A stretch of DNA of 64,000 bases, from assembly GCA_023920165.1 (NCBI GenBank), contig CP089274.1, positions 1,550,001 through 1,614,000 on the forward strand, written 5' to 3'. The notes beneath the pieces were generated by a model, which did no database searches, was not told the origin of the DNA, and saw only the letters and a program-made list of their open reading frames with translations. This DNA comes from Curvularia clavata (Eukaryota). Each line of letters begins with the position of its first letter. The stretch's first letter is position 1. Both the position numbers and the translations under genes were made by a program. This document shows, piece after piece, positions 11,133-20,394 of the stretch.

Positions 11133-11924
11133 TCACTTTCCACCCGGAAACAGATCCCATGATGCACTCAACCCATCCAAATTCACCTTTTGTTCTTTTA
11201 CCAACCTCTCCGGCTTATTATCCTCTCCGCTGTCCTTCCCGTGAACTCTTTCCAGGCCCTCTTCCCATTCTGCGCCCGCCTTTTCATGCGCAAGATGCAG
11301 AAACATTGTCTGCTGATCTCCTAGTTGTCTCTTTTTCTTCATCACTCGTATACTCATTGAGATTCTGAAACAAGAACGCTGTATCAATCATGTGTGTCCC
11401 CTTTCTATTTAATGCCCCTTCCCAAAGATTTCACGGAGTAAGTCTGTATCTCTAGCTCTTTCCTTTAAAAGCATTAGCATAGCGCGGACATGTAAGTGGT
11501 ATGCGACATCCGTAGCTAGGTTTACAACAGAATCTCTTGCTTGGTCGTCGGGCGTAGAGGCTGCAATACCATACGCAGATAGGACGGCCTGAGATCCTGA
11601 TGAAGGCAATGAACGAGAAAAAAGGAGGCAAGAGCGGCTGCGGTGTTTGGAAACAGAGCAGACAGGCTTATGAAGAAGAACACGTTGCCATCGTCAGCGC
11701 AAGGGCCTGCAAGTAGTTCTTCACACCAGGTGGCATTTACCGTATTGGGGCCATACGAAGTAACCAGCTCCGGATGAGCCACGTCCATACTGAATACCGC
11801 GGTACTGTGCCACGCCATCCCCATCCTTACCCCAAAAGATCCGATCAGGTTTAGCTTTGGTTTAGAAAGAAATAGGGTGCGAGATCCTCCTCGTAGCGAA
11901 CTTCTACAGACACCCCGAGGTCAT
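11133..11924 (-). pseudogene. Degenerate type-B carboxylesterase relic, internally deleted and frameshifted
   Basis: Fragments in different frames resemble fungal carboxylesterases: GDGVAQYRGIQY (~11823-11788), PELVTSYGPNTVNAT, WCEELLAGPCADDGNVF, AVLSAYGIAASTPDDQA...LATDVAY, NLWEG...THMIDTAFLFQNLNE and LSASWDLF. Stops and frameshifts separate them, and no GxSxG core is present. Confidence 0.75.
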
Positions 11925-12100
11925 TTTGCTAGGTCACAGTCATATGCGTAATTTGTATTACGATAGGGTAGCGTGCACTGTTTCAATGATTCTTCAATTC
12001 AGCATTTCAATTCCTTATGGTGTGAAACTTTAGTTTGGATAGCGCTTTTGTTTGCATTCAGCTTCCAACATCCTCTCACAAAACAGTACTAAAAAAACGC

Positions 12101-15100
12101 TTAGCCCTTCACCTCAATGCTCTTGATCAGCTCTCCACCCAACCGCCTGACTTCATGTACAATAGCCTCTCTGTTGGCCTTGATCTCAACTGCATCCTTC
12201 TTACCCACTGGCAAACTGTTCCATCCCGCCTTGATCTTCCAGCTCCTCTGCCCTGTGACGACCGGATTCCACAGTCCCACGATCTTGTCCAGTGTCTCTG
12301 GATCCCAAAACCATAGTATAGCCTCCCCATAGATTTCGGATAGCTCTTCAGCAAAGAGCTGTGGGAGCGGGGTCGCCATAGGCAACGGGCTGGCTGATAA
12401 CTTCTGCAGGTCCAGATTTTTGAACTGAAGTGTGGCCTTGCGCGATTTGGCTGACTTGAGACTGTATTTGGATGAAATGGAAATGACAATGTCGAACTCC
12501 GATATGCTGGGAACAAACAAAGACTCTGGGCTCAGAGGTTCGTTGGATTTGGAAGTGTCCTTGTTTCTGCTGATATGCCTCAACAAGCGATCTTCGTCTG
12601 CACGAACAGCCTGCGTAGCTGCCTTGCTTAAAGCCGTCAAACGCGCAGCGACCACCTTTTCTGGCTTCCCCTTGTCAGTCCATGTCGTGCCTTCTTCATC
12701 TAGGTTTGTTGCTGCGAACAGTACAACGCGGTTCATGGCGGGATCAATACGTCGCCATGCCTCAAAGCGAGTCCGTAAGCGGTCGAGATCTTCCGACTTC
12801 ATGCCCTTCAAGGAGGTGTCTTCCAGATTTGCAGGATTGGCTGAGAAGGATGTTGAAAAGTCCACTATTAGAGGGACATGACGCCAGTCCCATCGGCTGA
12901 TCCACGATAATGTGCGTAAGAACCCAGTAGTTGCAGTTGAAGGTACAGGCCACGGTTGAGGCTGTAAGAATGTGCGTATGACAAGTAGTTCGATCAGTTC
13001 GGGTAAGAAATGCGGAGCCAACAGATGAGATGCGAACCATTTCTTCGTTACTCTTATTGCCGGCGAAAGCGCTGGGTAACGGGTGCAGAGCGTCTGCAGT
13101 GCTTGCGAATGTTGGGGTGACTGGATGAACTCGCGCTTGTACAGTGCCAAAGACGCTGCAGCAGACTCTCGTGATTGAGCATCCAACGACTTGTCCTTGA
13201 TCTGGCGGTCGAACAACGTAGGTTCACGATCATGGTAGATGCGAATGCGGAATGTGAATCCAGTAGCAACCGTTACGTCCAAGAACGCTTGGTTCTGTGC
13301 CGGCTGTGACGGGTTCTCCATGCCAACACGGGCAACGTAGCCCGACTCCAACTTATGCAGAAGCTCAGCCATGCGGAGGAGGAAGGCAATCTTGGTTCTT
13401 TGAATGGCACACAAGTCATCTGGCCAGCGCCCAGAGCCCTCAAATTGCAACACAACCGACGCAGGAGCGTGACCTGCAGCAGGAACATCAACAGATGCAT
13501 AGCGCAATTGCGGGTCGGCAGCTCTCAGATGGCGAAGCTGAAGGGGTAACTCCTCCAGGTCGCGGATATCCTTTTCCATAGCACTAAACGCGTTCATGAT
13601 GGGGAGGAATGGTGCAGTTCCAGATTGTCCCTGCATACGGCCTGCTGTTACGAGATGGCCAAACACATCGCTTGTGAAATGAGCTTGCTCAGACACTTGC
13701 ATACTAATGTGTCTGCCGAGTATGTAAAGAACAATTTGCTCCATGACAGATGCAGGTGAGTCTTTGACCATCCAAACAACGCTCTCAAGAATACTTCCAT
13801 CCTTGAAACGCCTGAGTTCGGCTTTCTCACCCCAGAACTTGCGGAAAATAGCAGCCTCCTGTTTGTTTTCCGCCGAAGGCCCATGATCCACTGTACGAGT
13901 GGCGTTTGCAGGATCCGTGACGAAATTGACAAGAATGCTCCTATTTTGCTTTTCCTGGGGGCGTCTTGACGATATTGACCAACTTTCCTCCTCAGGCATT
14001 GTGAATGATATTGCCGTGATGCGGTCGGTCAACGCTCGGGTCAATGTGCTGTATATCTTTCGGCACGTCTCGCCTAGCTTTGAATCATATTCGTTGCTTC
14101 CAGCCTCTAGGCCAAGCGAGGCAAGGGGAATTTCGAGGGTGGCATCATAGCGGTACTTGAGCCATTCATTCTTCAAAATGAAGGCTGCGTCAAATTGATC
14201 AAATACCGTATCACTCAGCATGTCAACAGTAGCCTTTGCCTCTGATTGTAGACGCTTGTACGACCAGGTAGTCATCTTGAATAGCACGTTTTGGCCTCGG
14301 GGCCCATCAAAGACGATAGGCGCGGTCTCTGTTTTCGGAATGGTAATGTTGGTAGCTTGAAAGATGAATGGCTTCTTCGTCAGATCGCCACGCGAAAGGA
14401 ATTGTAGTGTCGACTTGAACAATTGGTAGCTGCTGAAAGCAGGAGAAACAGATTGAGCACCTGTTCCAGCATTTGGTTGAAGCAGAATAGCCATGATGGC
14501 AGCCCACTCAAAGTTGCCAAATCCTCCCTTGCGAATCTGGCTGCCAAATCCCCGTTGCTTTAGCCAAACGCGTCCGAGTATACATGCATCTTTGAAGGCT
14601 TCAGCCTTTGAGGCTGTGCTGTGTAGCAGCTTCAGGTACGATGTGATATTTGCGTCAGCCTGCAGGCTGTTGTTGTAGAAAGGAGTGGCATTAAGGGTTT
14701 TGCTGGAAGCTTCATCTTCGCTGCCTTTGGGCCGAACGCAGTTGGATGTTGGGAGAAGCTTGCTCTGTGGAAAAATATGCTCTGGTAGCGCTACCAACAC
14801 ATTGATGTGGCATTTGGAAATAGAGAAGTCGTCCGCACCACCGTTGCTCGGCCGTACAACGAGAACGGGCTGAAGTTGGTTCCCGTTCAAGCGGTCAAAG
14901 ACCAGGTCAAACTTGTGTTCTTTTGATGCCTTGATTCCAGCAGCCAAGCAGGCCAGATAATACGCGCGCTTGTAGAAATATCGGTAGTTCAGATAGTCCT
15001 TCTCCTGGAACAGATTCTTGGGCATAGTAACGACAAGATCGATCGCGAATCTCTCTTCGGCTCGAGTCGCAGTCTTGAGAGGGTAGCTACCAGTAGCATT

Positions 15101-15793
15101 TATGCTCACAGGCCGTTCGTACTGCAACTTATATAGGGCGTCCTTCGGCGGACGAGGGCTAGGGAAGGGAACTGCGATGCCAGCTGATTTGAGCGCCTTT
15201 TCGGCCTCGACGATCTGCAGTCTGTTAGCATCTACCAGTACTATCCATAAAAGATCCTGTCTTACCGGTAATGGGTCGCGACTAGGAATTTGCTCAATTA
15301 TGTTCTTGAGAGTTCTCATTGCGTTCTCGGCTGGGGCCTCCTTCTTGCCATACTTGAGTTTGACCTGATCTAGCAATTCATCCACTTGAAGCTTGAACAT
15401 GTTTGACTTGAAGGACTCTGCAGTATAGACACCATCCTGGAGACTAAGCGCTGGTCGCTTCGGCGGCTTCGCTGCGCTCGTAGCTTTGCCAACTACGGTC
15501 TGCTTCTTGCTCTCTTGAGCTCTTCTGTCGACTTTTGAATCTTTCTCGCCGTCTTCGCTCATATCATCATCCTTATCTTCATCGCCATCTTCGTCGTCGT
15601 CGTCGTTATCGTCGTCCATCTCTTGTGCGCCGTCCATAGAGACGTCGTCGCTCTCATTCGGCGCATCTTCAGCATCACTTCCGTCTGATTCCACACCGCC
15701 ATTGGTTTCTTCGAAATCCACAAAGCTTCCGTCGCTCTCTGCTTCTGGGTCGCTGTGCTCGAGCTTTCTTCGTTTAATTGCGGGTGGCGCCAT
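12101..15793 (-). CDS. UTP22: U3 snoRNP-associated protein Utp22 / NOL6 (Nrap family); exons 15793-15266, 15214-12101
   Basis: Acidic N-terminus, SNMFKLQVDELL, FQEKDYLNYRYFYKRAYYLACLA, FRKFWGEKAELRRFKDGSILES and QFEGSGRWPDDL. In-frame 51-nt intron (gtaaga...ctaac...cag). Confidence 0.96.
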   Translation of the reverse strand: MAPPAIKRRKLEHSDPEAESDGSFVDFEETNGGVESDGSDAEDAPNESDDVSMDGAQEMDDDNDDDDEDGDEDKDDDMSEDGEKDSKVDRRAQESKKQTVVGKATSAAKPPKRPALSLQDGVYTAESFKSNMFKLQVDELLDQVKLKYGKKEAPAENAMRTLKNIIEQIPSRDPLPVRQDLLWIVLVDANRLQIVEAEKALKSAGIAVPFPSPRPPKDALYKLQYERPVSINATGSYPLKTATRAEERFAIDLVVTMPKNLFQEKDYLNYRYFYKRAYYLACLAAGIKASKEHKFDLVFDRLNGNQLQPVLVVRPSNGGADDFSISKCHINVLVALPEHIFPQSKLLPTSNCVRPKGSEDEASSKTLNATPFYNNSLQADANITSYLKLLHSTASKAEAFKDACILGRVWLKQRGFGSQIRKGGFGNFEWAAIMAILLQPNAGTGAQSVSPAFSSYQLFKSTLQFLSRGDLTKKPFIFQATNITIPKTETAPIVFDGPRGQNVLFKMTTWSYKRLQSEAKATVDMLSDTVFDQFDAAFILKNEWLKYRYDATLEIPLASLGLEAGSNEYDSKLGETCRKIYSTLTRALTDRITAISFTMPEEESWSISSRRPQEKQNRSILVNFVTDPANATRTVDHGPSAENKQEAAIFRKFWGEKAELRRFKDGSILESVVWMVKDSPASVMEQIVLYILGRHISMQVSEQAHFTSDVFGHLVTAGRMQGQSGTAPFLPIMNAFSAMEKDIRDLEELPLQLRHLRAADPQLRYASVDVPAAGHAPASVVLQFEGSGRWPDDLCAIQRTKIAFLLRMAELLHKLESGYVARVGMENPSQPAQNQAFLDVTVATGFTFRIRIYHDREPTLFDRQIKDKSLDAQSRESAAASLALYKREFIQSPQHSQALQTLCTRYPALSPAIRVTKKWFASHLLAPHFLPELIELLVIRTFLQPQPWPVPSTATTGFLRTLSWISRWDWRHVPLIVDFSTSFSANPANLEDTSLKGMKSEDLDRLRTRFEAWRRIDPAMNRVVLFAATNLDEEGTTWTDKGKPEKVVAARLTALSKAATQAVRADEDRLLRHISRNKDTSKSNEPLSPESLFVPSISEFDIVISISSKYSLKSAKSRKATLQFKNLDLQKLSASPLPMATPLPQLFAEELSEIYGEAILWFWDPETLDKIVGLWNPVVTGQRSWKIKAGWNSLPVGKKDAVEIKANREAIVHEVRRLGGELIKSIEVKG

Positions 15794-15859
15794 TTTTCGC
15801 GTCGTGATGGTTGTCGCATGGGACGCGAAATTTCTCAGGAACTTTTCCCGCGGGAGTGC

Positions 15860-15871
15860 CTTATCGATAAG
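15860..15871. promoter_or_regulatory. Palindromic promoter element CTTATCGATAAG upstream of UTP22
   Basis: The same TTATCGATAA core recurs at 55581 and 60527, each in a promoter. Confidence 0.55.
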
Positions 15872-16158
15872 CAGGGATGCCCAGATGTTAGGGTCATGAG
15901 AGCTCATGCGCGTCCCCTCACCTAGACATCGTGAGGGGAACAACTTGCCACAGCATAGCCTTTAATTACTCTTCGCAAATAGCCGCCACGAAGTCCTAGG
16001 TTTTTTATGTAAATCATTGTAAAAACCGAAAACACTGGCCTTAAGATAACCATTCATTGCCCATCACGCTGCCTTTCCTAGTAAAGCTTACCCGCATTCG
16101 CGGTTCATTCTTCTTCACGAGGCCTGCGTACAACATCGCCCCCAAAAGAGCTATCAAC

Positions 16159-16882
16159 ATGGCTTGGAGAAGCTCTGGCGCTACCAATGAAGACCTCGTC
16201 AATAACCTCGCGAGCAACAAGCTCATCAAGTCTGACAGAGTGAAAGATGCTATGCTCAAGGTAGGAAGCCTCAACACTACAGGTAGGTTAGCAATCGATG
16301 AAGACATATTCCTAGGTCGATCGAGCACATTATGCCCCATCCTGTCCGTACGAAGACTCGCCCCAACCGATTGGCCACCGCGCGACTATATCTGCTCCAC
16401 ACATGCACGCTTCGGCTTGCGAATCGCTCCTCGATTTCCTCAAGCCTGGCTCCAAAATTCTAGATGTTGGTTCAGGCTCAGGATATCTCACCGCTGTCCT
16501 TGCCAATCTGGTCGCACCCAACGGAACTGTGATTGGCATCGACCACATCCAACCCTTGAACGATCTCGCAAAAGGGAACATGTCCAAGTCGGAAGAAGGC
16601 CGAAGGATGCTGGAGTCGGGACAAGTAAAGTTTGTCACTGGAGATGGAAGAAAGGGCTGGGCTGAGGGTGCGCCATATGATGCTATTCATGTTGGCGCTG
16701 CGGCTGCTGAGCATCACAAGGTCTTGACTGACCAGCTCAAAGCACCGGGGAGATTGTTCGTACCGGTCGCAGAAGGATGGGCACAACACATTTGGGTGAT
16801 CGACAAGCGAGTGGATGGGAGCCTCGAGCGACAGAAGTTATACGGCGTGCAGTACGTGCCGTTGACGGATGCGCCTGCTTGA
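16159..16882 (+). CDS. PCM1: Protein-L-isoaspartate O-methyltransferase (PIMT); exons 16159-16260, 16316-16882; possible non-AUG N-terminal extension from ~16057-16069
   Basis: MAWRSSGATN start, VDRAHY, YEDSPQPIG..ATISAPHMH, LDVGSGSGY, PYDAIHVGAAA and YVPLT. Confidence 0.95.
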
Positions 16883-16985
16883 GTAAGACGAGAAGGATGT
16901 TTCAACAACGATTTCGAGTGAGTGGGAGGTTGAGTTTGCATCGGCAAGTCGTGTGAATATCCCTACGAGTGATTAATCTGTACCA

Positions 16986-17942
16986 TTATTGTGCCACAAG
17001 TCGCTCAAACAGCTCGTCTCTTCTCTTCCGCACCTCATCAAGCCTAACTTCTAATTTGCCCACCTCTTTTCGTGCAGCCTCCTTGTCAGCAGGAAGTCCA
17101 GCAAACTCTGCAACCTCCCTTTCTATCCCCTCTACCTTCTCTCGAAGCTCGTCTAATGCTTTTTGTTGCTCCAACATGTCATTGATGGCTTCGGCGGACC
17201 CAATATTCTTTGAGCTCGGTGTCATACTGCGCGACTGTGAGGATTGGAGGGATGACAGTTTGTCTTCGTATTCTCGAATCTTGGTACGGAGGTGCTTGAC
17301 TTGACGCGTTTGCTCGGTGGTCTGGCGCTGAAGATTCGCGGGGGTTGTGAAAGCAGGGTTCGTCTGAAGCTCGTGTAGCTGGGTTCGAAGGAGAGATTGC
17401 TGCTTATCCACGTAGCCTTGGAGCGTCGCAATGTGAGCGAGCTGGTTTGAGAGGTTCTGCGAGGTGGTTGTATCGTAGATGAGAGCATGGGCGATAGACT
17501 CTAGGTTGGCAGTGGGCGTATTGAGGGTTACGGCGGTCGAGGCCAACGCGTCAAGCGCCTGCTCGCCCTCGGGTGTGAGGCTGGCTTTCAGCCTGGACAG
17601 TATGCGCCGGTCCTCGTCGTCTCTTTGAACCTACCGTTGTGAGCAGCAGCTCGGTTTGTGGTAGCTGAAGCGGACCTGCAGCTCTCATACCTCATCCAAC
17701 TCCCTGAGCGCTTCCCTCTCTACTCGTTCGAAAACGGCTCTCTCCTCGTCGGCCCTTTCGTTTGCCATTGATAGTTCGCGCAACACCTTGAGTGTTTCCT
17801 CATTGCGCTCAAACGTCGGCACGGTGCGGCCAGCATACTTGTACGATAGCCATGAGTCGATCTGTGCCCAGTCTTGTGCTTGAGCGCGTTGCTGACGCGC
17901 CTTTGAAGGCGAGAACAAATCGGACGGTGTCAGAGAATCCAT
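16986..17942 (-). CDS. HAUS1: Augmin/HAUS complex subunit 1-like coiled-coil protein; exons 17942-17691, 17630-16986
   Basis: FSPSKARQ...W..IDSWL...VPTFERNEETL..L..L..ANERADEE and C-terminal F.GLP.D...AR, both typical of HAUS1. 60-nt intron. Confidence 0.8.
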
Positions 17943-18302
17943 TGTTGTGTGCAGAAAGCGTGTAGCCTGTGTTTGCAGTAGGTGCTGGGTAAGTTGGGCA
18001 GCGCTAGACTCGCACCCCTGGTGCACAATCGCAACTCCACGGTGGGGCCAGGAAGAGCATGAAGCGCTTCAAGTGCGCAAAGTGGATGCACTGGCGCTCC
18101 GAATGACGGAAACACACGCGGAGAAGTGACGGTTTGCACTATCGATAACCTTAAATTCCCAAGTGCCGAAGTCGGAGCTAATCAACTTTTGGCATAATCT
18201 CTTGTGTGATGGGAGTCATTGCGCAATGTCTTGTTCGCCTTCCATCTTCTGGTTTTGCACTATCACTCTGCTCTTCCCTTTTGTTGTCTTGGAACGTTCA
18301 GA

Positions 18303-20394
18303 ATGTCACCAATGGTGCTCGAAAACGATGTTGAAGTGGGCGAGAGTCTGCCGCCAGCAACCGAGCACGTACGTACATACTATCCCACCATTCAGACCCT
18401 GCTTCTCTGCTAACACGTGATAGGCAGTCAGTGTCTCGCTACCAACATGGCGGGCAAATGTTGGGTATGAAGAAGGTGAGGAATGGGTCCTCAGTAAGAT
18501 GAAGACGGGTTATCCTAGGTAAATGGTGGCAAGATACACGGCAATTCAGTAACTGACGGGGAAAGATTCTTCATTCACAAGAGTATACAAGCCTTTGCTG
18601 CAGCAATTGCCGAGAAACATGGAAATGGAAATGAGAGTGCCATGCTGTTTCCAACGTACTCCACTGCATCGAGATGTCGAGACTTCTTTCTCCGGCAAGC
18701 ACCTGATCTAGATCCATCGCAAGTCCGGATCCTTGACTTCCTGCCGACCGGTGAAAAGGCAAGATCGAAAGAATTCGACATCATCTCTCCCAGAGTCTCT
18801 GCTGTACTATTCCCCAAAGAGCGCTTTAGCACAGCGAAGGCGTTCTGGCAACATTCGGGTGATGGCGTCTCAAGTCGAAGAGCAGAATTCTGCGGTCAGT
18901 TATTCACCGAAGGTGCCCTAGTAGAAGCGTCAACACTCGGTCAGCCATTGAGAGTACCCAAAGGCCCCCGAAGATACCAGAAGAATGCTTCAGCCGATCT
19001 CGGCGTGTCGGCCGACTCTGCAAATGGCAATGGAGAGGTGCAGGATCCCACTCGGTTTGTCGAAGAGCGATTTGGACGTAACCTGGATCTGTCTAAGACC
19101 AAGAAAGCCAAACTAGCAGTTCGAAGACGTATTGCAGGATCACTGACTGCAGACGTCGGATTGGCCGAAGCGATGACTACAGATCACGATGCTGAAAGGA
19201 CAAGACCAGTTGCTGGCTTCTCAGAAGATGATGTCTATCTATATCCAACGGGCATGAGTGCAATCTTCAATACACATCGAAATCTACTGAGGGCGAAAGG
19301 TGCAAAGAAAGCCATCGTCTATGGGTTTCCCTACATCGATACGCTGAAGATCACTGAAAAGTTTGGCCCAGGCTCCCAGTTCTACGGCTTCGGCTCCTCG
19401 GAAGAGCTTGATGACCTCGAGAGACGTTTGGAAGGCGGCGAGAGGTTTCTAGCACTCTTCACAGAGTTCCCTGGGAATCCCCTTTTGACTTCACCTGATC
19501 TTGAGCGGATTCGCAAACTGGCTGACAAGTATGATTTTTGCGTCGTTGTGGACGAGACGATTGGAAACTTCATCAACGTCAATGTGTTGCAGTTTGCAGA
19601 TGTTGTTGTCAGCAGTTTGACCAAGGTGTTCAGTGGCGACTGCAATGTCATGGGTGGAGGGTCAGTACATGCTTATTCTCATTGACAAGGAATCCCAGCT
19701 AACGGAGCATGCAGACTTGTGTTGAATCCAAAAGCAAAGAACTACGACCTCCTCAAACGCACCTGGGAAGAAGACTACGAAGATAACCATTGGGCCGAGG
19801 ATAGTATTTTCCTCGAGCGCAACAGCCGTGACTTTATCTCGAGAATCGACCGTATCAATGCCAATGCAGAAGCAATCTGTGATGTGCTGAGCTCACATTC
19901 TCGCGGTATGTTGACTCTTACTTTGCCATGTTTCATTTGAACGTGTCTAATATTGGACAACACAGTCAAACAAGTAAATTACCCAAAAACATCGCCTTCC
20001 CGTGTCTTCTACGACAGGTGCCGCAATCCCAATGGCGGTTACGGTGGTCTGCTTTCAGCAACATTCTATAGCAGAGCCGATGCCATTGCCTTCTTTGACA
20101 ACCTCGACACTGTCAAGGGACCTAGTCTGGGCACAAACTTTACGCTTAGCTCGCCATACGTGATTCTTGCGCACTATGGAGAGCTGGATTGGGTACGGAA
20201 TATCTCCTCTTCTCCATCTCACTGGTTTTGTTATAGATCTGCTGCTAACAAGAATCCAATAGTGTGCAAAATGGGGCGTGGAAGCCGATCTAATCCGTTT
20301 CAGTGTGGGATTGGAAGAGACGAGTAAGTTGGTGGATGCGTTCAAGAAGGCACTGGAAGCGTTGCCGGAGCAGACAGCTGTAGAGGCAAAGTAG
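18303..20394 (+). CDS. STR2: Cystathionine gamma-synthase (Str2/Met-7 type); exons 18303-18368, 18424-18518, 18566-19660, 19715-19905, 19966-20192, 20263-20394
   Basis: [45 protein letters not shown]-lysine [19 protein letters not shown] and IRFSVGLE. Confidence 0.94.

Noticed and set aside
15794..15943. 50-aa N-terminal extension of UTP22 in the ORF track
   Set aside because: It starts at TTG and spans the promoter palindromes; MAPPAIKRRK at 15793 (aaaATGg) is the natural start.
16261..16315. Internal cag|gtaggt in the PCM1 intron suggesting a recursive or nested intron
   Set aside because: The sub-introns would be 22 and 33 nt, too short for normal fungal splicing.
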